In this document: positions 36,163 through 44,237 of the stretch, in pieces | Layout: every line of letters begins with the position of its first letter | How positions within the stretch are numbered: the stretch's first letter is position 1 | IMG/VR virus record: IMGVR_UViG_3300037044_000019 | Coordinates: 1 to 45,087 of that record | Source of the DNA: a virus | Taxonomy: Duplodnaviria > Caudoviricetes | DNA length: 45,087 nt | Direction: 5' to 3' (one strand) | The notes under the pieces: generated by a model | Databases searched by the model: none | Seen by the model: the letters and a program-made list of their open reading frames with translations, nothing else | What the model was told of the DNA's origin: nothing | Program-made: the position numbers and the translations under genes

Positions 36163-36875
36163 AAGTGCGCCCAGTCGCCGGCCACGAGCCATTCCGCATA
36201 CTGCCAGTCGTCGAGCGTGTTCAGGTCCAGCGCCTCGGGGCCGGTCACGACATGCCCCGAGACCCGCTCCCCGCTCAGATCCCCGCGCCGGATCTGCCCC
36301 CATTTGGTCAACTCCGCGCCCGCCGTCTGCTGGTAGACCCGGGGCAAGCTCTGCGTGGGGCTGGAGTGCCACGGGATGTCCGAGCGCGGGTGACGCCACG
36401 GCAACACCGGCTGCATCGCCCGCCCATGTTCCCGCATTGTCCACGCCTTGCCCGGGTGTGCCGGGGTGGGCGTCACCAAGCGCATGGAGGACGCTCCGGC
36501 TGCCTGCTCGACCACCCACGCCTCGCGCATGGCCCGCACGGTGTCCACGCCCCGAAACGGCGAGGTGACGCGCAGGATGAGCAGCGTTTCCCGGTCGGGC
36601 CGCTTGTAGGCGCCCTCAATCTCGAGCAGCCAGCACAGGTCAGGACTCTCGTCCTGGGCGTTGTCGGGGCTGCGGTGGTAGACGCTGACGCCGGGCCAGT
36701 CGGCGGCGTAGGTGTCGGCGGCGGGGTCGTTGCTGACCAGCACGATGGGGGCGCGGGTGTGTAGGGCCGTGGCGGTGGCGAGGGTGTAGGCCAACAGGGG
36801 ATGGCCGGCGAGGTCGCGCATGGCTTTGCCCGGAATGCGCTTGGAACCTGAGCGGACGGGTATCAGGGTGATCAT
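36144..36875 (-). CDS. neuA: acylneuraminate cytidylyltransferase (NeuA/KdsB family)
   Basis: IPVRSGSKRIPGKA...LAGHPLL, VSND, LRVTSPFR, YQQTA, LDLNTLDDW. Confidence 0.9.
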   Translation of the reverse strand: MITLIPVRSGSKRIPGKAMRDLAGHPLLAYTLATATALHTRAPIVLVSNDPAADTYAADWPGVSVYHRSPDNAQDESPDLCWLLEIEGAYKRPDRETLLILRVTSPFRGVDTVRAMREAWVVEQAAGASSMRLVTPTPAHPGKAWTMREHGRAMQPVLPWRHPRSDIPWHSSPTQSLPRVYQQTAGAELTKWGQIRRGDLSGERVSGHVVTGPEALDLNTLDDWQYAEWLVAGDWAHLPEVKR

Positions 36876-36884
36876 GTGACTGGC

Positions 36885-37589
36885 CTATAAACAGAGGAAT
36901 CCGCCGTCGAGCGGAATGGTGGTCCCCGTCACGAACGAGGATTGCTCCGACGCCAGGAACACCAGCGGCCCGGCCAGATCCTTCGGCTCGCACATTCTGC
37001 GAAGGGGGATTCTGGCCGTATACTTCGCCCGGAAGTCAGCATCGCCCACGGTCAGCGGGTCGGCCGGGTCGATGATGCCGCCAGGGGCCAATGCGTTGAC
37101 CCGGACCCCGAACGGCCCGAGCCGGGCGGCCCAGTATTGGGTCAGGCTGATGATGGCGGCCTTGGTCGCGCCGTAGATCGGATCTTTGCGCCACCCGTCC
37201 GGGCGGTGGTCGTAATAGCGCATGTCCGGGGCGACCAGCCCGTAGAGGCTGGCGATGTTCACGATGGTGCCGTGGCCATACATCAGCATCCGCTTGCCGA
37301 ACAGTTCGCAGAGGCGATTCGTGCCGAGCAGGTTCACGCTCGCCATCGCAATTTCGCCGTTGTGCGCGTCTGGGCGAGAATCGACCCCGGCGTTATTGAC
37401 CAGCACGTCCACGCCGTCGCGGTAGTCATAAACAAGGCTGAAGACGCCCACGTCTGTCGACAGATCGTATTCGTCCCGATCCACGCCGACCACCAATGCC
37501 CCGGCGTCCTCCAGCGCCTTGATCCACACCGGCCCCAACCGCCCCCGGCAGCCCGTCACCAGCGCCGTCTTGCCGTCCAGTGGTTTCAT
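36885..37589 (-). CDS. short-chain dehydrogenase/reductase
   Basis: TGCRGRLG, VLVNNAG, NIASLYG, YGATK, RVNALAPGG, DGG. Confidence 0.92.
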   Translation of the reverse strand: MKPLDGKTALVTGCRGRLGPVWIKALEDAGALVVGVDRDEYDLSTDVGVFSLVYDYRDGVDVLVNNAGVDSRPDAHNGEIAMASVNLLGTNRLCELFGKRMLMYGHGTIVNIASLYGLVAPDMRYYDHRPDGWRKDPIYGATKAAIISLTQYWAARLGPFGVRVNALAPGGIIDPADPLTVGDADFRAKYTARIPLRRMCEPKDLAGPLVFLASEQSSFVTGTTIPLDGGFLCL

Positions 37590-38491
37590 GCGTCCATCTC
37601 CCCCGTGATCTTCAGCCCGTCCGGTGTCTGCCGCCGCCGCATCTTGGCGATGGGCTTGCGTTCGCTGGCGTAGTACCGCTTCACCCCATCCCCGAGCGCG
37701 ACGTGGGCGCGGGCAAGGTCGCGGCAGAGTTTCTTCAGGCCCGCCGGTTCCAGCGAAAAGGCGTGGTCGGTGCCCTTCTGCGCCCGGTTGAGCGTCACAT
37801 GCCGCTCGATGATCCGCGCCCCGAGCGTGTAGGCGACTACGGACATGGCGATCCCGCTGTCATGCCCGGACCAGCCGATGATGTTATCAAGCTGCATTCG
37901 CAACTCGGTGATGTAGGACAGGTTGAGTTCCGCGAAGTCGCACGGGTAGGACGCGGTACAGTGCAGGAACGCCGCCATCGGCGCGTGTTCCCAGGCCGTT
38001 GCAATGTCGGTTCCCAGACATCCCCCCGTCGAGATGATGAGCGGCAGGCCCGAGCGCGTGGCGTGGTCAATCAGGGCCAAGTCCGTCACGGCACCCGAGG
38101 GGAGCTTCAGCCCGTCGAACCCGGCCGCCACGATGTCATCCACGGCCCCCTCGTCAAACGCTGTGCAGATGGCGTCCATGCCCCGGTCGTGCGCGTGGGC
38201 AATCAGCGCCGGGTATTCGACCAGCGGCAACTCCAGCGCGGCCCGGTGCGCCCCATAGGTCGGGCCGAAGCTGTTTTCGTTGTCATAGGGCTGGTCGAGC
38301 AGCGCCTGGGTGTAGAGGGTCAGGTTGTTCCGGCGCTGGAACTTGACCGCCTGCGCCCCGGCGTCGGCGGCGGCGTCGATCAGCTTGCGGGCGATTGCCG
38401 GTGAACCTTGGTGGTTGTTTCCGACCTCGCAGATCAGATAACACGGGCTGTCGTCGGTGATGATCGTGTCGCGTATCAGGAACCTTCGCAT
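37586..38491 (-). CDS. neuB: N-acetylneuraminate synthase family (NeuB/PseI/LegI), without C-terminal SAF domain
   Basis: EVGNNHQG, AGAQAVKFQ, KLPS, IISTG, LHCTASYP, GWSGHDSG, IERHVTL...GTDHAFSLEP. Confidence 0.93.
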   Translation of the reverse strand: MRRFLIRDTIITDDSPCYLICEVGNNHQGSPAIARKLIDAAADAGAQAVKFQRRNNLTLYTQALLDQPYDNENSFGPTYGAHRAALELPLVEYPALIAHAHDRGMDAICTAFDEGAVDDIVAAGFDGLKLPSGAVTDLALIDHATRSGLPLIISTGGCLGTDIATAWEHAPMAAFLHCTASYPCDFAELNLSYITELRMQLDNIIGWSGHDSGIAMSVVAYTLGARIIERHVTLNRAQKGTDHAFSLEPAGLKKLCRDLARAHVALGDGVKRYYASERKPIAKMRRRQTPDGLKITGEMDA

Positions 38492-39261
38492 AGGTGCCTC
38501 ATCAGTCTGTCCCAGGTGTAGGGGCTGGGTTGCGGCCGCTCGGTCGGGATGGCCGTGAGCGTCCGGTAGTCGTGCGTCACGGCCTTGAGGTCGTCCGGGG
38601 TTTCGTCGCCCCAGTTGGTCACAACGGGCACGCCCGCATTCAGGGCCGCGTGGACCGTCGTGTTGTTGGCCCGCAGGCCGTCCTTGAAGAATGCGACCAC
38701 GGCCGACGTGCGGGACCAGACCAGCCCGAGGGCATCATCGGACAGCGTGCCGAGGTTGCGGGCGGTTGGCCCCCAGACCGTCATCAGGTCGGGCACGCGG
38801 GACGGGCCTGCGCCTTCGTGCGTGGCGGTGCTGATCCAGAGTTCGACCGGGCCAAGGCGTTGGCGCAGGTCCGCGAAGTGGTCCAGTTCCAGCTTGTGGG
38901 CCATGCCGAACGTGAACAGGGCCGTCTCGGACAGGCGCGACGGGTGAACCAGCGCGGGCACGCCGAGGGCGGGCAGATACCAGTGCCGGCCGGTTGCGCC
39001 GACAACCGGAGCGCGGTCATGCCAGAGCACGTCAACATACGGCCACAGGTTTCCGGTCTGCACTGGGTCGTGCCATGGGAACTCGTCTAGCTCGCTCCAC
39101 TTCAAGCTGTACAGCGCGGGAGCGCCCAAATGCCGCCCCACGACCCCCAGCCTACGCATCGGCACGCCCAACCGCCGCGCCAGTTCCGCCGAGAACCGGG
39201 CTACGCCGCATGTTTCCGGGTCGGTGTGGTAGCTGACGACGCAGGTCCAGGGATGGGTCAT
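38476..39261 (-). CDS. putative GT-B (GT4-like) glycosyltransferase
   Basis: TCGVARFSAELA N-terminal motif, FTFGM..K, NNTTVHAALNAGVPVVTN. Confidence 0.6.
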   Translation of the reverse strand: MTHPWTCVVSYHTDPETCGVARFSAELARRLGVPMRRLGVVGRHLGAPALYSLKWSELDEFPWHDPVQTGNLWPYVDVLWHDRAPVVGATGRHWYLPALGVPALVHPSRLSETALFTFGMAHKLELDHFADLRQRLGPVELWISTATHEGAGPSRVPDLMTVWGPTARNLGTLSDDALGLVWSRTSAVVAFFKDGLRANNTTVHAALNAGVPVVTNWGDETPDDLKAVTHDYRTLTAIPTERPQPSPYTWDRLMRHLCEGS

Positions 39262-39479
39262 CGCGTCACCCATTCGGCCGCTGAAAAGTCTGGGCAGGTT
39301 TCAGCGCGTTCGATGCACTTCGACAACACCTCGGGATCGCTGGACGAGTACCGCAGGTTGTTGAAGTTCCAGTGCTGTTTCTGGCACCACATCTCAAACG
39401 GCTCGCCGGGCGTTAATTCGCCATACCCTTGGTCGCCCAGCGAGACGAAACAGTATTCGCACTTGTAGCAGATCTTCAT
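39258..39479 (-). CDS. small Cys-rich hypothetical protein (insert)
   Basis: MKICYKCEYC...WCQKQHW..AETCPDF; flanked by 14-bp direct repeat tcatcgcgtcaccc. Confidence 0.6.
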   Translation of the reverse strand: MKICYKCEYCFVSLGDQGYGELTPGEPFEMWCQKQHWNFNNLRYSSSDPEVLSKCIERAETCPDFSAAEWVTR

Positions 39480-40498
39480 CGCGTCACCCGGTAGACCAGC
39501 ACACGGCCCTTGCCCTGCCAGTCCAGCAACTGCTCTTTCTCCCGGTCCCGCGTCCCTCCCATCGTCACGCACAGCGCCCGCAGGAACGACTGCGGCAGGC
39601 AGGTGATGTGGGACGGGTCCACGGTGGTTTCGTCGGTCAGGTCGTAGGGGTGCGCCGGGGCCGGGTTGAACCGGGTGGTGATGTAGACCCAACGTGAAGC
39701 AAGCCGGAACAGGTCATGCACGACGTTGCCCCACTCGCGCACGGGGACGTGTTCGAGGACTTCGCGGCAGACCACCACGTCGAATGTGCGGTCATCCTCG
39801 CTGTATTGGTCATGCGCGAAATACCACCGCGACAGGTAGCGCATGATCCTTTTCGGCACGTCATCAGGTAGCGGATTCGGCAAGTGCGGGTCATAGCCCC
39901 ACGCCTTCACGTCTGCATCGCGCAGAAGCGTGGTGGAATACCCCGGCCCGCAGCCGTAGTCGAGCACGGTCAGCCCCCGGCACAGGTCCGCGAGAATGTC
40001 CGGGTGCCGCCCCTCCACGGCCCGGCGCTGCTCGAGCGTGTAGCCGTTGGCGGCGGCGTCCCACGGCACCACCACCTGGGCCTGGGCTGCGGCGTCGAGC
40101 GCGTCCACGCCCGCGTCGGCCGTGCGCGTGGCCCAAGACGTGAGCAGGGCCGTGCTGGAGTCGGTGGGCAGGTCGGCGGGGGCATAGCGCACCTCGATGC
40201 CGTTCGCCGCGCAGAACGCCGCCTCGTCAGCCGGGATGCCCTTGTCGGCCCAGTCTGCGCCCTTGAAGTAGACACTGGGGCGCAAGGCATCCAGCGCATA
40301 CAGCGTCTTCTCGTAGGCCACGGCGCGGAATCCGAGGGCGACAATCGTGTTAGTGCGCGTCACCCACGGCACGCACTCCGGCCGCTTCCGTTGCGAACTG
40401 ACCTGCACCACGACCTCGCCCAGCGTCCGGGCGTAGTTCAGATACGCCAGGTGTCCCGCGTGCAGCGGGTCGAACACGCCATCGCACAGCACTATCAT
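39476..40498 (-). CDS. fusion of HxGH nucleotidyltransferase (RfaE/TagD-like) and class I SAM methyltransferase
   Basis: DGVFDPLHAGHLAYL..A..LG, YFKGADW, SST; then VLDYGCGPG, GYDP, FDVVVCREVLEHVP. Confidence 0.85.
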   Translation of the reverse strand: MIVLCDGVFDPLHAGHLAYLNYARTLGEVVVQVSSQRKRPECVPWVTRTNTIVALGFRAVAYEKTLYALDALRPSVYFKGADWADKGIPADEAAFCAANGIEVRYAPADLPTDSSTALLTSWATRTADAGVDALDAAAQAQVVVPWDAAANGYTLEQRRAVEGRHPDILADLCRGLTVLDYGCGPGYSTTLLRDADVKAWGYDPHLPNPLPDDVPKRIMRYLSRWYFAHDQYSEDDRTFDVVVCREVLEHVPVREWGNVVHDLFRLASRWVYITTRFNPAPAHPYDLTDETTVDPSHITCLPQSFLRALCVTMGGTRDREKEQLLDWQGKGRVLVYRVTR

Positions 40499-40824
40499 TG
40501 TCGCCCTCCCACGGCCCGTTCGATCCAGGCCAACGCCGCCCCTGACCGGATCTGCGCCGGGGTGACGCGCAGCACGCGCCAGCCCAACAGCGCGGCCCGG
40601 TTGTACTTTTCACAGTCGTTTTGGAATCCAGCCCCGCGCCCGTGCCGGCCGTTGACCCACGTCCCGCCTTCAACCTCGACGGCCCAGCGGTCGGTGATGG
40701 GCAGGTCCGGCCAGGCGAAGTCAAACCGCCAGCGGCGGGGCGGGGCGAACACATACTCCCGCACCGGCTCAGGCAGGCCCACCACCCGCATCTGCGCGGC
40801 TAGGATCTCCTCGGGGCGGCTCAT
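40495..40824 (-). CDS. PD-(D/E)XK (DUF559/Vsr-like) endonuclease
   Basis: EYVF..RRWRFDFAWP..AVEVEGG...H..G.GF..DCEKYN.A.LLGWRVLR. Confidence 0.85.
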   Translation of the reverse strand: MSRPEEILAAQMRVVGLPEPVREYVFAPPRRWRFDFAWPDLPITDRWAVEVEGGTWVNGRHGRGAGFQNDCEKYNRAALLGWRVLRVTPAQIRSGAALAWIERAVGGRQ

Positions 40825-41243
40825 GACCGGCCCCCTGCTGCCTGCCGCCAGTTGCTGCCATAACTGGTCTTCTTCGCGGCCGGTTTCGGCGCGTCCTGCT
40901 GGCTCGCCGCGAAACTGCGCTGGTAGGGTTGCCCCGCCGCGCACGAGCATGCCCGCACGTACGTGTGCGTGTAGAGCGGGTCGCTCCGCTTGTCCGGGTG
41001 TTCACAGCGCCAGGACAGGCAGCGGTTCCGGATGGTGCATTCCAGTTCCACGATGCCCGAGTCGTCGCACTGGCTACAGGCGGGCGGCGGGACCGGCCGC
41101 GCCATCGTCATCAGAAACGCGTACCAATGCTCGTCATAGAGTTCGTCGCCGGCCGCTTTCTCGCGGGTGCGCCGTTCCCACGCCTTGACGAGCTTCGACG
41201 TGCGGGCGAGCGTGGCCGGGTCTGCCGTGCGGCGGAAACTCAT
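40821..41243 (-). CDS. hypothetical Zn-binding protein following replication initiator
   Basis: CSQCDDSG...C...C.H...H.YVRACSC. Confidence 0.6.
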   Translation of the reverse strand: MSFRRTADPATLARTSKLVKAWERRTREKAAGDELYDEHWYAFLMTMARPVPPPACSQCDDSGIVELECTIRNRCLSWRCEHPDKRSDPLYTHTYVRACSCAAGQPYQRSFAASQQDAPKPAAKKTSYGSNWRQAAGGRS

Positions 41244-42055
41244 GCGGACCTCCGAACGGCCGCATCCGTCTCAGCGGCCAACCGCAGGAAGCATTTTGGG
41301 GACCGACTCAGCGCCCACTGGGGCAAGTCGTCGGCCAGGAAAAAAAACCGGAACATGGCCCCGAGGTGGTCGAGGTTGTCGCCGTAGGTCGAGGCCAGTT
41401 CCTCGAGCGCGGCGTAGTCCCGCTGGGGGTTGGGCCGGAACCGTGCCCCGTGGTGACAGTCGGCGTAGGTCCGTTCCCAGAGTTCAGATACGGCCGTCAC
41501 ACGGGCCATTTCCGGCGTGGGGTCGTCGGGATCGCTGCCGAAGACATCCTCGACGGTCAGCGGCTTCCTCACGGCGGGCTGTGGAACGGCCGATAGTCCC
41601 CCGGTAGGGGGATTAGGGGGTACTTCTTGCTTCTGTACTCTGCTTCTGCTTGTGTCCACACTGTCCACATTTCGGCCAGTTTGTCCACACTTGTCCACGG
41701 CGCGATATTCGGCCTGCTTCGCCCTCTTGTACTCTCTTCGCTCGATTTCGCTCAGTTTGGCGCGGTATTTCGCGTGGTTCAGCAGCCTCCAACCCCCATC
41801 CTGCTCTTCTACCCTGCGGCCGTCGAACTCCTTTGAGCGCGAGTCAGGGTCGGGGGCCATCAGCTTGGCCAGAGCCGCCCGGGTGCCATCAACCGAAATG
41901 CGCGAAAAGTCAGCCAAGCCCGGGACGGAAGCCTCGACCACGCCATCCTTGTCGGCCATCGCCAGCATCGTGATCCAGACGATCCGCGTGTCGTTATCCT
42001 CACGCCAGATGGTGGACCCGATGATGGACGAGAACAGTTTGGTGTATCCGCTCAT
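41240..42055 (-). CDS. phage replication initiator / replisome organiser
   Basis: MSGYTKLFSSI..STIW..D...RIVWITMLAMADKDG N-domain, RR..K...QA.YR helix, central iteron-encoding linker. Confidence 0.75.
   Translation of the reverse strand: MSGYTKLFSSIIGSTIWREDNDTRIVWITMLAMADKDGVVEASVPGLADFSRISVDGTRAALAKLMAPDPDSRSKEFDGRRVEEQDGGWRLLNHAKYRAKLSEIERREYKRAKQAEYRAVDKCGQTGRNVDSVDTSRSRVQKQEVPPNPPTGGLSAVPQPAVRKPLTVEDVFGSDPDDPTPEMARVTAVSELWERTYADCHHGARFRPNPQRDYAALEELASTYGDNLDHLGAMFRFFFLADDLPQWALSRSPKCFLRLAAETDAAVRRSA
41621..41698. repeat. putative replication origin: four TGTCCAC iterons plus adjacent strand-asymmetric tract
   Basis: TGTCCAC at 41653, 41662, 41682, 41692; pyrimidine-rich tacttcttgcttctgtactctgcttctgct at 41621-41650. 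Confidence 0.7.
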
Positions 42056-42062
42056 GGACCAC

Positions 42063-42115
42063 ATTATATCACACCTTGTGGACCTTTATGTCCACGCCTG
42101 TCCACAATGGTCCAC
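42063..42115 (-). promoter_or_regulatory. extended -10 promoter (TGaTATAAT) of the initiator, with upstream GTCCAC boxes
   Basis: ATTATA at 42063-42068; boxes at 42077 (inverted), 42089, 42099, 42109; ATG 7 nt downstream. Confidence 0.7.
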
Positions 42116-42117
42116 AA

Positions 42118-42309
42118 TTATTCCTTCCCCCACGTCCGCGCCCGCTCCTCGCCCTCCAGCACGTCGATCCGTGTCTGGAGCCGGGTGATGGTGTCGATGG
42201 CCATGAGCAGCGTTTTGTCGTCGCCGCCGAGTGCATTGAGGCCGTCAACGTGTGCGTGCTGTCGCAACGAGGCCATCTCATTCAGCAGGTCCAGCGTGTC
42301 AGCGTCCAT
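42118..42309 (-). CDS. hypothetical protein
   Basis: 63-aa ORF with GGGGTGA RBS. Confidence 0.55.
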   Translation of the reverse strand: MDADTLDLLNEMASLRQHAHVDGLNALGGDDKTLLMAIDTITRLQTRIDVLEGEERARTWGKE

Positions 42310-42312
42310 GCG

Positions 42313-43104
42313 TCACCCCTTGTGCCGGGAATCCTGATACGCCTTTTCCCACGCGTACCAGACCGCCCACATCCGCCGCACGGCGAGGAAGTCCTCGAAC
42401 TTCTCGGTCCAGTTCGGCACGTCGCGCACCTCGAACACGTCCCCGACCTTCTTCGGCACGCGCACGATCAGCCCGCCGTCCGGGTCGCCCTGGCCCATCT
42501 CGCGCATGGCGGCGATGTAGGCCGCCACCTGCAAGTCATACTCCGGGTAAATGGCGCTGCTCGTCTTGAAGTCGATCACCACCAGCCGCCCGTCCACGCG
42601 GCCGTACACGTCGAGCGTGCCCGCGTAGCCGTGCAGTAGGGACCAGACAGGCGTCTCGAGGAACACCGGCTCCAGTTTCACGCTGGCCGCCCAGTCCTGC
42701 CACTGCGTGAAGGCTACGATGCCCTCGGTGGTCGTCTTGGGTTCCGGGCCGACCACCTGCCCCATCTGCCGGCGTAGCGTCCACTCGGCCAAGGCGTGGA
42801 CCTGGGAGCCGATTTCCGCCGCCTTCGCCAGTGTGCGCTGATGCGCCTTCTGCTTGCTCAACCGGCTTTCAAGCGTGGCGGCGTAGGCCATGCGGGACAT
42901 TGGTGGCGTCGTGGCGAGGTCACAGTAGAGGTCCGCCGCCGCCTCGAGGACCGCCTCCCGCTCCTGCTTGGCCGCCCAGTTTACCAGGGCGGGCTTCGAC
43001 AGGCAGGAGAGAATGTGCGTCACGGACGGCAGCAAGAGTCCGGGATGTCCCGGCGGCTCGTAGAACCGGCCATACGCGGAATCGTGGCGCTTGGGTGCGG
43101 GCAT
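42313..43104 (-). CDS. PD-(D/E)XK exonuclease (phage recombination-type)
   Basis: PSVTHIL..KPALVNWA, GSQVH, E..VWS..HGYAGTLD...IDFKTS...LQVAAY. Confidence 0.85.
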   Translation of the reverse strand: MPAPKRHDSAYGRFYEPPGHPGLLLPSVTHILSCLSKPALVNWAAKQEREAVLEAAADLYCDLATTPPMSRMAYAATLESRLSKQKAHQRTLAKAAEIGSQVHALAEWTLRRQMGQVVGPEPKTTTEGIVAFTQWQDWAASVKLEPVFLETPVWSLLHGYAGTLDVYGRVDGRLVVIDFKTSSAIYPEYDLQVAAYIAAMREMGQGDPDGGLIVRVPKKVGDVFEVRDVPNWTEKFEDFLAVRRMWAVWYAWEKAYQDSRHKG

Positions 43105-43114
43105 GCGTGGCTCC

Positions 43115-43615
43115 TCAGAACGGAATGGCGTCCACGGATTCATCGGCGGACGCGGACGCCGCGTGTCCCACCCGGTCCTGTTCGCGCACGTAGTCGAGCG
43201 GGGCCAGTTTGATCGCGCCCCGGCTGGCCGGCACCACCGCCTGCACGTTGGCGAACACCTTGCCCTCGTCGCTGGCGTTGTGGACGATCTGGATCTGGCA
43301 GTTCGCGCCGAGGACGGCCTCGAGGTCGAAGCCCTTGAGTTCGTCGGCCGTGAATTTCCGCGCCCGCCACGTCTCGAGCACCTGGCGCAACTTCGCCTTC
43401 TCGCTCAGGCTGGCGGTGTACCATGCCCGCACTTCGTACCGCTTGCCGGTGTCGGGGTTGGCCTCATCGATCTGCCAGCGCAGTTCGACCTTGGCCTTGC
43501 GGCCCCACGGGGTTTCCTGTTCGCCCTTGTCGATGACATCGACGCAGACGGCGGGCCACAACCCCTCAGGGGCGGGCTGGAACTTGCTTTCAGGTTCACG
43601 CACGGTGATCGGCAT
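43115..43615 (-). CDS. putative single-stranded DNA-binding protein
   Basis: PAPEG...AVCVDVIDKG..YTASLSEKAKL..LETW, LGANCQIQI; acidic tail ending DAIPF. Confidence 0.7.
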   Translation of the reverse strand: MPITVREPESKFQPAPEGLWPAVCVDVIDKGEQETPWGRKAKVELRWQIDEANPDTGKRYEVRAWYTASLSEKAKLRQVLETWRARKFTADELKGFDLEAVLGANCQIQIVHNASDEGKVFANVQAVVPASRGAIKLAPLDYVREQDRVGHAASASADESVDAIPF

Positions 43616-43817
43616 ACGTCCTCGCAATCGTGATCGGGTGAGTGTGAAGCTCCCGCGCCCAGGCGTCGTAGTCGGCCTGAAAGCAGGTGTAGTGGGCGAT
43701 GGTGTCGTTCTCGAGCAGGAGCGGTTCGGCGTCCTGCACGGTCACGGGGTCGGCGCAGTAGGCGCAGTCCCCGAGGGGCAGCGCGGCGTAGGCGTCAGGG
43801 ACGGCGTGGGCGTTCAT
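43596..43817 (-). CDS. small Zn-binding hypothetical protein
   Basis: CAYC...HYTC. Confidence 0.55.
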   Translation of the reverse strand: MNAHAVPDAYAALPLGDCAYCADPVTVQDAEPLLLENDTIAHYTCFQADYDAWARELHTHPITIARTYADHRA

Positions 43818-44014
43818 TCCCGTTCCCCCTTCATGTCATGGTCGGCCCGGTCTGCCGCGTCATCGGCGGCGTCCCAATCATCCTGGCAGTCCTGGCAGCG
43901 GTCAGGCTCCGAGCCGTCAAACACCCAGAACCCGCCGCCGCACGCGATGCAGCGGATGTAGTCGGTCGCGCCCTTTGGCGCACAGCCCCCGTCGTAATTC
44001 CCGCGCTGGCACAT
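43814..44014 (-). CDS. small Zn-binding hypothetical protein
   Basis: CIAC...CQDC; first gene after promoter 44031-44067. Confidence 0.55.
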   Translation of the reverse strand: MCQRGNYDGGCAPKGATDYIRCIACGGGFWVFDGSEPDRCQDCQDDWDAADDAADRADHDMKGERE

Positions 44015-44030
44015 CTCGCGCCCCCACTAT

Positions 44031-44067
44031 CTAATATACGCTTATGCGCGGAATTGTCAACGGCTAG
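44031..44067 (-). promoter_or_regulatory. conserved phage promoter TTGACA-16-TATATT
   Basis: minus strand ctagccgTTGACAattccgcgcataagcgTATATTag. Confidence 0.8.
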
Positions 44068-44237
44068 TCTGAAGTATTTTCGCCGGGGTCAGGTTCCGGC
44101 TCGGGCGTGTCCGGTTCCCGCCGGTAGCTGATGGTGCCCCACGTCCCGCAGCGCGGGCAGGACCAGCGGTCTTCGGCCTCGGGGAACAGGCGCGGCTCAA
44201 CCAGCGCCGGACCGCCGCAGACTTGGCACTTAGTCAC
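44064..44237 (-). CDS. small Zn-ribbon protein
   Basis: CQVCGG...CPRCG. Confidence 0.5.
   Translation of the reverse strand: MTKCQVCGGPALVEPRLFPEAEDRWSCPRCGTWGTISYRREPDTPEPEPDPGENTSD

Noticed and set aside
32842-40498. Sugar cluster as a DNA hypermodification system
   Set aside because: Not excluded, but I saw no base-modifying entry enzyme (hydroxymethylase, TET/JBP, nucleotide kinase) or phage polymerase; virion or surface glycosylation fits better
42313-43104. Cas4 assignment
   Set aside because: Lacks the Fe-S cysteine cluster; context beside SSB fits a phage recombination exonuclease
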